Assembly: GCF_963921235.1 (NCBI RefSeq)
Contig: NC_086104.1
Span: 4,092,001 to 4,156,000, forward strand
Source: Mobula hypostoma
Lineage: Eukaryota
Length of the DNA stretch: 64,000 nucleotides
Direction: 5' to 3'
Each line of letters starts with the position of its first letter. Position 1 is the first letter of the stretch. Below are positions 1-12,309 of the stretch, piece by piece. The position numbers and the translations under genes were made by a program. Under the pieces are notes generated by a model, which ran no database searches, was not told the DNA's origin, and was given only the letters and a program-made list of their open reading frames with translations.

Positions 1-1010
1 TCCATGTCGCGTGGTAAGTGCTGCTCGCACGGAACTATTGATCCATAGTTTCTGGTTTGGGAAGATCCTGACTGACTTCTGGTGGACAGCATCATCAATG
101 TCCCTCCAGATGTAACACCTGACTCCATTTGTGAACTCGGAGACATCCTCATCATGAAAGACATTCTAATTGACGTCATCGAAGCAGTCCTGCAGCATGG
201 AGGCCAACTGGTCGGACCAACAGTGGACGGTTTTAACGATGGTCGCCTCTTGTTTCAGCTTCTGCCTGTACGTTGGCAAAAGCAGGATCGAAGAGTGATC
301 TGATTTTCCAAAAGCTGGGCAAAGGAGAGTCTTGTAAGCATTGCGGAAGGGAGTGTAGCAGTGGTCAAGTGTCTTATCTCCACTAGTGCTCACCTGGATG
401 TGCCGACAAAACTTCGGAGAGACTTTTGTTAGTGACACTCGACTAAAGTCACCCACCGGCAATGATGAAGGCAGCCTCTGGGTGTGCAGTCTTTAGCATG
501 TTGTTGGTCTCGTACAGTTCCTTGGGAGCTGAGTCAGTATTAGCCTGCAGCGGAATGTACACCGCTGTGATGATAACAGCCATGAACTCCCCAGGCAGCC
601 AGTAGGCAACACCAGATATTCCAGGTCTGGGGAACAAAATGATTTGAGGGCATGCACATTCTGGGGTTCGTACCAAGCATTGTTGGCCATGAAGCACACC
701 CCTCCTCCTTTACTCTTCCCAGAGAGGTTTTTCAACCTGTCCACCCAGAACAGGAAGAACCCAGAGGGCTCGATAGCATGGTCTGGTATCTCCTCCATCA
801 GCCAGGTCTCCATGAAACACAAAACGTTACATTCCTTTGTTTCCCACTGACAGGAGATTCTGGCTCTCAGTTCGCTCAGCTTGTTGTCCAGGGACTGAAC
901 ATTAGCCAGGAGGAGGCTAAGGAGCGGCAGCCAATTAGCAGGCCATCTCAGCCTCACCAGGACGCCGACCCTTCTCCCTCACCTCCAGCACTTCTTCCAA
1001 GGTAGTGGCG
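1..1010 (-). mobile_element. Rex1/Babar-type LINE, endonuclease region, degenerate
   Basis: ORF 493-957: LANVQSLDNKL...CFMETWL...KSKGGGVCFM, an APE domain of the fish Rex1/Babar type. Confidence 0.8.
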
Positions 1011-1019
1011 GTCTAGGAG

Positions 1020-1785
1020 ACGAGTCTCCTATGGATTGCGAAAGCAGGGGTCCCATTGTAAGAAAGGTGGCACATAGTGGGTAAATGCCATTTTTCCAAT
1101 GTTCAGAAGGGTCAGCCTATCGATCCTGATGTGACTATCAGCTACTATAGTTCAGAAAATGCCATCCCTTGCAACAATCACTCCCAGAAACTGATAGCCA
1201 TTTCCATTTGTTAACTTGTACTTCATCTGCTTGCTTCATTATATCCATTGTTCCCCTCACCTGGCCAATAGTATGCAGCTAAGGCATTGGTTATACCTTG
1301 GAACCATTCCAGTCCCATTACGTTGAAGGGTATTGGCCGTAGCGACATACACCCACCTGCATTTGCAGGAATCCCCGGACATACTCTGTAACTTGACATA
1401 TTGGTCCGAGAAGCATAGTCATAAGCTAAGCCTGAACATTTATTAGAAGTGCAGGCAAATCTGGACACTAAAGTAATGAGGCAATTAAGTCCATATATCG
1501 TTAGCCACTTCACTTTTCTTTTTTCTGTTTTCCATCTTTTCCAGTACACTATCGGACTCTGGAAGAGAGGGATAATACAGCTTTCACTTGGTTCCATGCA
1601 CCCAGTCGGCATTGCCTTGTACCTTGACCCTCATACAGCTGGTTAGCAGCTCTTGAAAGGGCCCCTACCACGTAGGAGAGTGACTTAATATGTATATAAT
1701 CACCTGGTTTAAATTGATGTGTATTTTCTTCCCCAGGTTTGGGTCAGGCCTCAGTCACGTTTCCTTAATTCATTCTATTAGCTTC
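1020..1785 (-). mobile_element. ERV relic: integrase C-terminus and env leader/SU start
   Basis: Minus strand reads HQFKPGDYIHIKS...SPTW*GPFQELLTSCMRVKVQGNADWVH (class I GPY/F module), followed by a Cys-containing ORF at 1223-1612 in the env position. Confidence 0.7.
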
Positions 1786-2159
1786 ACCTAGAGCAGCCTT
1801 TCTCAACAGTTTTTGCTCTGGAAGAGCCCTTGAAATTATTTTCAGGTCCCTCAGCAAAAATCATTATATCTACAGCTCTCAATGATCAGTAAGTTGTAGA
1901 TATAATCATCAAAAATAATTATCAATGCTCTTTTGAGTAGAGAATGAATTTTTAGCCAACTTGTCTTGAAAAAAGCAACAGCTAGTTAAACTTAGCTTAC
2001 CTTTCGTAAAATTAATCTTTCTTTCATAAATTTTAAAAACTCATAAAGCAGACATAATAATTTTCTGTTAATAACTGGTTGTAATGTAAATAAAGGTTGT
2101 AAATTGATTTTAATGCTATTTACAACATGAAAATTTATTGACAATGTTGAATCGTAAAG

Positions 2160-2893
2160 TTACTGAAGACTGTAAGCCAAAGTAGCCCAGTTCCTCCAAG
2201 ACAGACCTTTTTATCCAGGTATGAAGGCAAAACATTAAAAATATCTAGGCCTTTGCTTAATTCGGGAAGCTCTTTGCAACAGAAAAAGTTTTCTTGAAAT
2301 TAACCATCATTTACAAATCTTACAAATGCTACAACATGACTTTTTACTGGTGAAATCTGCTGACTCATCAACCTGGATAGACAAGCTGTTGTTTTTCAGT
2401 TAATCACACAGAACCTCTTCAGCATCATGTGGCATATCATCAATATATCGACTTGTCATACTCTTTGAGAGTGAAACCTTTTCAATTTCCTGTGTTGCAT
2501 GTTATCTGCGCATTTTACTCACTATAATTTTACGTGCTGGCATTATTAGGTTATCACCAACTGTGTGACTTTTCCTCTTCTGGGTAATAAGCTCTAGTAC
2601 TAAACAAATTGCTTCATGAATCTTTCTACTGACTGACTATACTTCACAACCAAAAGCTTTACTCTGTTTGCTTTGAGATTCCAATGACCATTTAAAATAA
2701 TCAGGACTTTTAAGTGCCATACGGCTGTGATTTGCAGTTGAGTGTCTTTTCATTTTTGCTGGAGCCATTGCTGCATCCGTGAGTTGTTTGCCACGGACTC
2801 GGATTGTCGGAGTAGGACAACTCGGATCACCAGCCCGTGTAAAACCCATTGATAAGTAGCTTTCTTTGTAAAGATGGACTCTTTTTGATCCAT
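2160..2893 (-). pseudogene. hAT transposase remnant (ZBED5/SCAND3/FAM200-like)
   Basis: YLSMGFT...MAPAKMKRH...KSHTVGDNLIMPA...SIQVDESADF...VVAFVRFV...FFCCKEL, with stops and frameshifts. Confidence 0.8.
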
Positions 2894-3289
2894 TGTCGCA
2901 CTTGTGCAGTGAAGTGTCTCAGAAGATTGCACCATCAGACATGTCTGTAAAACACAGGGGTTAATAAAATAAAAAAAAGAACAGCATAATAAAAAACTCC
3001 ATTAAAAATTACGAGAACTTCACGATGCAGTCACTTCTAACCTACGCAATCCACCTTCTGCAACATTTACAACAACAGCAAAGCAGCAGGCCTACTGCTG
3101 AATCTCAGTGCGTAAGATTTCCGATAGAGTGAACATTACCCTCCAATTTTCTCCTGCACCTGCAGAGTTTGCTCACTCCCATAACTCAGTCAGTGGCGCG
3201 TAAGGGAAGTTGGGGGAGGTAATTCTGGAGCGAGAGGCTGACATCACAGCCCAAGTTGGGTGAAACCATTCAATGCACAGAAAATGCAC

Positions 3290-4035
3290 TTCATGCTCAT
3301 CAACCTGCTGTCCTTTCCTCCGTACATTACGGCGCTCACTGCCAGCCTACTGTCCCCACCTCCGTGCAATATAGCGTTCACCAATTATCAGCCTACCATC
3401 TTCCCCTCTGCGTAATACAGCTCTCATCAATGATCAGAATACCGTACACCCTTTGTGCAATACAGCAGTCACCAATTATCAGAATACTGTCCCCCCTCCA
3501 TGTAATACATCACTCACCAATTATCAGCCTACCATCTTCCCCTCTGTGTAATACAACACTCACGAATTATCAGCCTACCGTCCTCCCCTCTGTGTAATAC
3601 AGCACTCACCAATTATCAGCCTACCATCTTCCCCTCTGTGTAATACAGCACTCACCAATTATCAGCCTACCGTCCTCCCCTCTGTGTAATACATCACTCA
3701 CCAATTATCAGCCTACCATCTTCCCCTCTGTGTAATACAGCACTCACCAATTATCAGAATACCGTCCTCCCTCAGTGCAATACAGCGTTCTCCAATTATC
3801 AGCTTACCATCCCCACCTCCGTGTAATACAGCACTCATCAATGATCAGAATACCGTACCCCCTCCGTGCAATACAGCATTCACCAATTATCAGAATACCC
3901 TCCCCCCTTTGTGCAATACAGTGCTTATCAATTATCAGCCTAACATTCTCCCTCCTTGTGATATAGTGCTCATCAATTATCAGCCTATCGTCCTCCCATC
4001 CGGGCAATACAGCACTCACCAATTATCAATGCCTC
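3290..4035 (+). repeat. 46-bp minisatellite, about 16 units, inside the hAT element
   Basis: Unit CAGCACTCACCAATTATCAGCCTACCATCTTCCCCTCTGTGTAATA with starts at 3600 and 3646; degenerate at both edges. Confidence 0.9.
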
Positions 4036-4255
4036 CCCTATCTCGCGTCAAAAATGGAAAGTGGATTCAAGCAAATAAACACAGTCCTATTGGGCTGAGA
4101 GGCCTCTAGCGAGATTGCTAATGGGGCTCTTCGTTCACTGCCCACCACTGCAAGGTCTAGCAACGTGGGTCGCTCAAAGCTCAAAGTTTTAAAATCTCTT
4201 GTAGAACCCTGAGTGACCTCTCGTGGAATCCCGGTTGAGAAACCCTGACCTGGAG

Positions 4256-4731
4256 ATTTTATTATTTTGAGGGTTTTCTTATCAGTCCATTTCAGCACTG
4301 TTTGGGCACTTGTCAAAGACGGTTTGAACCCAAGGGCATAGGAGTTCCCATCAATATTTCAAAGGAGGTCAATCTGGCAGTCCTGTTAACATAATTTCTC
4401 AAGGTGCAGTGAACAGAGCAATCAGCAATGCCTCAGGTCAGTTCAATCCTGTCTCTTGGCCAGAGTGTCTTGCAGTTCTCCATTCATTCTTTCTACTATT
4501 CCTGATGATTGTGGTTGGTACATCACATGTCACTCCCAGGGCTTACCCCAATGCCTCAGGTCAGATCATTTCCCTGTAGTGGCTCCTCGGTCACTATTAA
4601 CCTTACTGGGAATCCCAAATTGGGGAATGATCTCCTTCATCAGTAATTTAATTACTGTCCTAGTGTCATCTTTTCATATGGGAAAGGCCTCTATCCATTT
4701 AGAAAGCATGTCCAGTATTACTAACAGATAA
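4256..4731 (-). mobile_element. ERV relic: integrase core
   Basis: YLLVILDMLSKWIEAFP...KEIIPQFGIPSKVNSDRG...QPQSSGIVERMNG. Continues into 1785 across the hAT insertion. Confidence 0.8.
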
Positions 4732-6287
4732 CGGGTTCTCCGGGCCTGTGCAAGCGAGCTAGCTGGAGTGTTTGCTGACATCTTCAACTGCTCCTTGCTT
4801 CAGTCTAAGATCCCCTCATGTTTTAAGAAGGCAACAATAATCCCAGTGTCGAATAAGAGCAAGGTGGCATGCCTGAATGACTATCGACCTGTGGCTCTGA
4901 CATCAATTGCTATGAAGTGCTTCGAGAGATTGGTTATGGCACACATCAACCACAGCCTACTGGTCAACCTCGACGCTTTGCAATTCGCTTACCGGAGCAA
5001 CAGGTCAACGGCAGATGCCATCTCTCTGGCCTTACATTCCTCCTTAGAACATCTGGAGAATAAAGATGCAGACGTAAGGCTCCTTTTCATTGACTACAGC
5101 TCTGCCTTTAATACCATCATTCCAAATAAACTGATTCCTAAGCTCTGGAACCTGCGCCTTAGCACTCAGATCTGCAGCTGGATCTTCAACTTCCTTATAG
5201 ACGGGACCCAGGCTGTAAAAATAGGGGACAAGCTCTCCACTACAATCACTCTGAGCACCGGTGCCCCACAAGGCTGTGTACTCAGCCCCCTGCTGTACTC
5301 ACTGTACACCCATGATCGTGTAGCCAAGTTTCCATCAAACTCAATATATAAGTTTGCTGATGACACAACAATTGTAGGCTGTATCTCGGGTAATGATGAG
5401 TTTGAGTACAGAGAGGAAATTAAGAACCTGGTGGCATGGTGCGAAGACAATATCCTATCCTTCAACGTCGGCAAGACGAGGGAATTGGTTGTTGACTTCA
5501 GAAGGAGTAGCGGACCGCACGACCCAATTTACATCGGTGGTGCGCAAGTGGAACAGGTCAAAAGCTTTATGTTCCTTGGGGTCAATATCACAAATGGCCT
5601 GACTTGGTCCAACCAAGCAGAGTCCACTGCCAAGAAGGCCCACCAGCACCTTCACTTCCTGAGAAAACTAAAGAAATTTGGCCTGTCCCCTAAAACCCAC
5701 ACTAATTTTTCTAGGTGCACCGTAGAAAGCATTCTTCTAGGGTGCATCACAACCTGGTATGGAGGTTGTCCTGTCCAAGACCGAAAGATGCTGCAGAAGA
5801 TCATGAACATGGCGCAGCACATCACACAAACCAATCTTCCGTCCATGGACTCACTTTACACCGCACGCTGTCGGAGCAGTGCTGCCAGGATAATCAAGGA
5901 CACGACCCACCCAGCCAACACACTTTTTGTCCCTCTTCCCTCCGGGAGAAGGTTCAGGAGCTTGAAGACTCGTACGGCCAGATTTGGGAACAGATTCTTT
6001 CCAACTCTGATAAGACTGCTGAACGGATCCTGACCCAGATCTGGGCCGTACCCTCCAAATATCCGGACCTGCCTCTCGGTTTTTTTGCACTACCTTACTT
6101 CCCATTTTTCTATTTTCTGTTTTTCATTTATAATTTAAATTTTTAATATTTACTAATTTTTACTATTTTTTATATTTTTAAAATTTAGTATTTGTAATCC
6201 AGGGAGTATGAAGCACAGAATCAAATATCGTTGTGATGATTGTACATTCTAGTACCAATTGTTTGGCGACTATAAAGTGTAAAGTAT
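4732..6287 (+). mobile_element. Rex1/Babar LINE, 5'-truncated, RT ORF 4768-6033 open
   Basis: [10 protein letters not shown]...[12 protein letters not shown]...[10 protein letters not shown]...KFADD; 3' UTR ending in a (t/a)aaagt tail. Confidence 0.9.
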
Positions 6288-6649
6288 GCACTCCAATTCC
6301 AATGTCAATACATTAATTTTTTGAAGTTCCAATAAGTCAAAGTCTGTCATTCTGTCATTCAGAACGAAAAATTGAACAAGTTGTCTTTAGATGTGAAGCA
6401 TTCATGGTGTCACATAATTTTCCAAGACCATCTTCACTAGCTATATTTTCAACACTTAGAACAGCAGTGTGAACTTTTGATAGTTCGTGATCAACAATTT
6501 TTTTTTTCTGAGAGACTTCAAGTGTGTACTTCGATCAGCTCCATAACAGGATACTTGGTACATCTGCCCTTCATTTGACAGTCTGAGACCCTTAAATCTG
6601 AAAAGTGTCAGATTGCTTTGGTTTGCAGTTGCACATACTTTACACCCAA

Positions 6650-8497
6650 GTTTGGAGTACTTGGAGTACTGTGTCCAGTTCTGGTCACCTCACTATAAGA
6701 AAGATGTGGAAGCATTGGAAAGGGTACAGAGGAGATTTACCAGGATGCTTCCTGGTTTAGAGAGTATGGATTATGAGTAGAGATTAAGGGAGCTAGGGCT
6801 TTACTCTTTGGAGAGAAGGAGGATGAGAGGAGACATAATAGAGGTGTACAAGTTTTTAAGAGGAATAGATAGAGTGGATAGCCAGCACCTCTTCCCCAGG
6901 GCACCACTGCTCAATACAAGAGGACATGGCTTTAAGGTAAGGGATGGGAAGTTCAAGGGGGATATTAGAGGAAGGTTTTTTACTCAGAGAGTGGTTGGTG
7001 CGTGGAATGCACTACCTGAGTCAGTGGTGGAGGCAGATACACTCGTGAAGTTTAAGAGACTACTAAACAGGTATAATCGGACAAAGTCAGCATGGATTTG
7101 TGAAAGGAAAATCATGTCTGACGAATCTCATAGAATTTTTTGAGGATGTAACTAGTAGAGTGGATAGGGGAGAACCAGTGGATGTGGTATATTTGGATTT
7201 TCAAAAGGCTTTTGACAAGGTCCCACACAGGAGATTAGTGTGCAAACTTAAAGCACACGGTATTGGGGGTAAGGTATTGGTGTGGGTGGAGAATTGGTTA
7301 GCAGACAGGAAGCAAAGAGTGGGAATAAATGGGATCTTTTCAGAATGGCAGGCGGTGACTAGTGGGGTACCGCAAGGCTCAGTGCTGGGACCCCAGTTGT
7401 TTACAATATATATTAATGACTTGGATGAGGGAATTAAATGCAGCATCTCCAAGTTTGCAGATGACACGAAGCTGGGTGGCAGTGTTAGCAGTGAAGAGGA
7501 TGCTAAGAGGATGCAGGGTGACTTGGATAGGTTGGGTGAGTGGGCAAATTCATGGCAGATGCAATTTAATGTGGATAAATGTGAAGTTATCCACTTTGGT
7601 GGCAAAAATAGGAAAACAGATTATTATCTGAATGGTGGCCGATTAGGAAAAGGGAGGTGCAACGAGACCTGGGTGTCATTATACACCAGTCATTGAAAGT
7701 GGGCATGCAGGTACAGCAGGCGGTGAAAAAGGCGAATGGTATGCTGGCATTTATAGCGAGAGGATTCGAGTACAGGAGCAGGGTGGTACTACTGCAATTG
7801 TACAAGGCCTTGGTGAGACCACACCTGGAGTATTGTGTGCAGTTTTGGTCCCCTAATCTGAGGAAAGACATCTTTGCCATAGAGGGAGTACAAAGAAGGT
7901 TCACCAGATTGATTCCTGGGATGGCAGGACTTTCATATGAAGAAAGACTGGATGAACTGGGCTTGTACTCGTTGGAATTTAGAAGATTGAGGGGGGATCT
8001 GATTGAAAGGTATAAAATCCTAAAGGGATTGGACAGGCTAGATGCAGGAAGATTGTTCCCGATGTTGGGGAAGTCCAGAACGAGGGGTCACAGTTTGAGG
8101 ATAGAGGGGAAGCCTTTTAGGACCAAGATTAGGAAAAACTTCTTCACACAGAGAGTGGTGAATCTGTGGAATTCTCTGCCACAGGAAACAGTTGAGGCCA
8201 GTTCATTGGCTATATTTAAGAGGGAGTTAGATATGGCCCTTGTGGCTACGGGGGTCAGGGGGTATGGAAGGAAGGCTGGGGCGGGGTTCTGAGTTGGATG
8301 ATCAGCCATGATCATAATAAATGGCGGTGCAGGCTCGAAGGGCTGAATGGCCTACTCCTGCACCTATTTTCTATGTTTCTATGTATATGGAGGAACTTAA
8401 GTTGGGGGTTATATGGGAGGCAGGGTTTAAGGGTCAGCACAACATAGTGGGCCGAAGGGCCTGTACTGTGCTGTACTATTCTATGTTCTATGTTCTA
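6650..8497 (+). mobile_element. CR1 3' fragment (family B) hosting a nested CR1 (family A)
   Basis: The host breaks at ...acaggtat (7074) and resumes tatatggaggaac (8384); compare the intact copy near 45960. Confidence 0.85.
7075..8383 (+). mobile_element. CR1 LINE family A, 5'-truncated, young
   Basis: RT ORFs 7100-7696 and 7657-8292 (LDFQKAFDKVPH, KFADDTKLGG), with a (tctatgtt)n tail. Confidence 0.92.
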
Positions 8498-8689
8498 TTA
8501 TCATCCTTGAAGTCTAAACAGGAATAAGTTTCCTTCTTTTTCTTCCACATTTCTTCAGTCCAAACATCTGAACAGGGATACAAGCCTGTCTTTGAAGGAC
8601 CATTACTATCAGAACTGCATTTGGACCCAGTTAGAAAATTTGAACTAGAAGCAGGCGAAAGAAGTCCATGGAGTAAAGCCAGATCTAAC

Positions 8690-11612
8690 ACACAGAGAGG
8701 CTTTGAGGAAAGAGAAGCAGAATAAACGGTGTAAAGACAGTAAGGTAGAAGGGCTGAAATGTGTGTACCTCAATGCAAGAAGCATCAGGAACAAAGGTGA
8801 TGAACTGAGAGCTGATACATACATGGAATTATGATGTGGTGGCCATTACAGAGACTTGGCTGGCACCAGGGCAGGAATGGATTCTCAATATTTCTGGATT
8901 TCAGTGCTTTAAAAGGGATAGAGAGAGTAGAAAAAGGGGAGGAGGGGTGGCATTACTGGTCAGGGATACTATTACAGCTGCAGAAAGGGTGGGTAATGTA
9001 GCAGGATATTCTTTTGAGTCATTATGGGTGGAAGTCAGGAACAGGAAGGGAGCAGTTACTCTATTGGGAGTATTCTAAAGGCCCCCTGGTAGCAGCAGAG
9101 ATACAGAGGAGCAGATTGGGAGGCATTTTGGAAAGGTGCAAAAATAACAGGGTTGCTATCATGGGTGACTTTAACTTCCCTAAAATTGATTGGCCCCTGA
9201 TTAGTTCCAAGGGTTTAGATGGGGCAGAGTTTGTTAAGTGTGTCCAGGACGGATTCCTGTCACAGTATGTGGACAGGCCAACCAGGAGGAATGCCATACT
9301 AGATCTAGTACTAGGTAATGAAGCAGGTCAGGTCACAGATCTCTCAGTGGGTGAGCATCTGGCGGACAGTGACCACCGCTCCCTGGCCTTTAGCATTATC
9401 ATGGAAAAGGATAGAATTGGAGAGGACAGGAAAATTTTAAATTGGGGAAGGGCAAATTATGAGGCTATAAGGCTAGAACTTGTGGGTGTGAATTGGGATG
9501 ATGTTTTTGCAGGGAAATGTACTATGGATATGTGGTCGATGTTTAGGGATCTCTTGCAGGATGTTAGGGATAAATTTGTCCTGGTGAGGAAGATAAAGAA
9601 TGGTAGGGTGAAGGAACCATGGGTGACAAGTGAGGTGGAAAATCTAGTCAGGAGGAAGAAGGCAGCATACATGAGGTTTAGGAAGCAAGGATTAGATGGG
9701 TCTATTGAGGAATATAGGGAAGCAAGAAAGGAGCTTAAGAAGGGGCTGAGAAGAGCAATAAGGGGGCATGAGAAGGCCTTGGCGAGTAGTGTAAAGGAAA
9801 ACCTCAAGGCATTCTTCAATTATATGAAGAAAAAATGGATGACAGGAGTGAAGGTAGGACCGATTAGAGATAAAGGTGGGAAGATGTGCCTGGAGGCTGT
9901 GGAAGTGAGCGAGGTCCTCAATGAATACTTCTCTTCGGTATTCACCAATAAGAGGGAACTTGATGGTGAGGACAATATGAGTGAGGTTGATGTTCTGGAG
10001 CATGCTGATATTAAGGGAGAGGAGGTGTTGGAGTTGTTAAAATACATTAGGACAGATAAGTCTCCGGGGCCTGACGGAATATTCCCCTGGCTGCTCCACG
10101 AGGCGAGGGAAGAGATTGCTGAGCCTCTGGCTAGGATCTTTATATCCTCATTGTCCCCGGGAATGGTACCGGAGGATTGGAGGGAGGCAAATGTTGTCCC
10201 CTTATTCAAAAAAGGTAGTAGGGATAGTCCGGGTAATTATACACCAGTGAGACTTACGTCTGTGGTGGGAATGCTCTTGGAAAAGATTCTTAGAGATAGG
10301 ATTTTGGGGCATTTAGAGAATCATGATCTGATCAGGGACAGTCAACATTGGCTTTGTGAAGGGCAGATCGTGTCTAACAAGCCTGATAGAGTTCTTTGAG
10401 GAGGTGACCAGGCATATAGATGAGGGTAGTGCAGTGGATGTGATCTATATGGATTTTAGTAAGGCATTTGACAAGGTTCCACATGGTAGGCTTATTCAGA
10501 AAGTCAGAAGGCATGTTATCCAGGGAACTTTGGCAGATGGATTCGGAATTGGCTTGCCTGCAGAAGGCAGAGGGTGGTGGTGGAGGGAGTACATTCAGAT
10601 TGGAGGATTGTGACTAGTGGTGTCCCACAAGGATTTGTTCTGGGACCTCTACTTTTCGGAATTTTTATTAACGACCTGGATGTGGGGGTAGAAGGGTGGG
10701 TTGGCAAGTTTGCAGACGACACAAAGGTTGGTGGTGTTGTAGATAGTGTCGAGGATTTTCAAAGATTGCAGAGGGACATTGAAAGAATGCAGAAGTGAGC
10801 TGAGAAGTGGCAGATGGCGTTCAACCCGGAGAAGTGTGAGGTGATACACTTTGGAAGGGCAAACTCCAAGGCAGAGTACAAAGTAAATGGCAGGATACTT
10901 GGTAGTGTGGAGGAGCAGAGGTATCTGGGGGTACATGTCCACAGATCCCTGAAAGTTGCCTCACAGGTGGATAGGGTAGTTAAGAAAGCTTATGGGGCAT
11001 TAGCTTTCATAAGTTGAGGGATAGAGTTTAAGAGTCGCGATGTAATGATGCAGCTCTATAAAACTCTGTTTAGGCCACAATCGGAGTACTGTGTCCAGTT
11101 CTGGTAGCCTCACTATAGGAAGAATGTGGAAGCATTGGAAAGGATACAGAGGAGATTTACCAGGATGCTGCCTGGTTTAGAGAGTATGCATTATGATCAG
11201 AGATTAAGGGAGCTAGGGCTTTACTCTTTGGAGAGAAGGAGGATGAGAGGAGACATGATAGAGGTGTACAAGATAATAAGAGGAATAGATAGAGTGGATA
11301 GCCAGCGCCTCTGCCCCAGGGCACCACTGCTCAATACAAGAGGACATGGCTTTATGGTAAGGGGTGGGAAGTTCAAGGGGGATATTAGAGGAAGGGTTTT
11401 TACTCAGAGAGTGGTTGGTGCGTGGAATGCACTGCCTGAGTCAGTGGTGGAGGCAGATACACTAATGAAGTTTAAGAGACTACTAGACAGGTATATGGCG
11501 GAATTTAAGGTGGGTGCTTATATGGGAGGCAGGGTTTGAGGGTTGGCACAACGTTGTGGGTCGAAGGGCCTGTCCTGTGCTGTACTATTCTATGTTCTGT
11601 ATTCTATGTTCT
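8690..11612 (+). mobile_element. CR1 LINE family B, near-complete ORF2 (APE+RT) with frameshifts
   Basis: YLNARSIRNK, VAITETWL, MGDFNFP, KSPGPDG, DFSKAFDKVPH and KFADD in successive broken ORFs; ttctatg tail. Confidence 0.9.
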
Positions 11613-11875
11613 ATGAAACACAGCTTTTGTCACGTTACCAGTCTCTTGTACGTTATTCTTGTTACACTGCTCAGCTTGTTTGTGAAAGAAAGAAGTTAAC
11701 ATTGTTTGCTTAGAAGCCATAGGGTTGTTAGTGAGAAAAATTTACTTTTGTATTAGCGAGTAATCCACAGAACACCACAGATGTAGCCTTACTAATACGA
11801 CTGAGTCAGAGTAGACAGCAGGGCCCGGAGCGCTGAGCAGTGTTCCTAAACAGGTATAAAAATAACAGAAATAAA

Positions 11876-12309
11876 GCAAGCAACACACATAAAAGTTGCT
11901 GGTAAATGCAGCAGGCCAGGCAGCATCTCTAGGAAGAGGTACAGTCGAAGTTTCGGGCCGAGACCCTTCGTCAGGACTAACTGAAGAAAGAGCTAGTAAG
12001 AGATTTGAAAGTGGGAGGGTGAGGGGGAGATCCAAAATTATAGGAGAAGACAGGAGGGGGAGGGATGGAGCCAAGAGCTGGACAGGTGATTGGCAAAAGG
12101 GATATGAGAGGATCATGGGACAGGAGGCCTAGGGAGAAAGAAAAGGGGTAAGGGGGGGAAACCCAGAGGATGGGCAAGGGGTATAGTGAGAGGGACAGAG
12201 GGAGAAAAAGGACAGAGAGAAAAAGAATGTGTGTATATAAATAAATAATCGATGGGGTACGAGGGGGAGGTGGGCATTAGTGGAAGTTTGAGAAATCAAT
12301 GTTCATGCC
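11876..12309 (-). mobile_element. Penelope-like element 3' end / pseudo-LTR with hammerhead-like motif
   Basis: Minus strand ends ORF GMNIDFSNF; CTGACGA-agggtctcggccc-GAAAC at 11943-11978. Confidence 0.75.

Larger units (their letters stand above)
1794..4247 (-). mobile_element. hAT (Charlie-like) DNA transposon, internally deleted
   Basis: TIRs CAGCCTTTCTCAAC (1794) and GGTTGAGAAACCCTG (4233-4247). 8-bp TSD acctagag (1786-1793) / acctggag (4248-4255). Confidence 0.85.

Noticed and set aside
7201-7605. Recurrent 75-240 aa ORFs such as MPPKWITSHL..., MNLLCTPSMA... and MIMADHPTQN...
   Set aside because: They are antisense or alternate-frame shadows of repeated CR1 RT copies, not genes.
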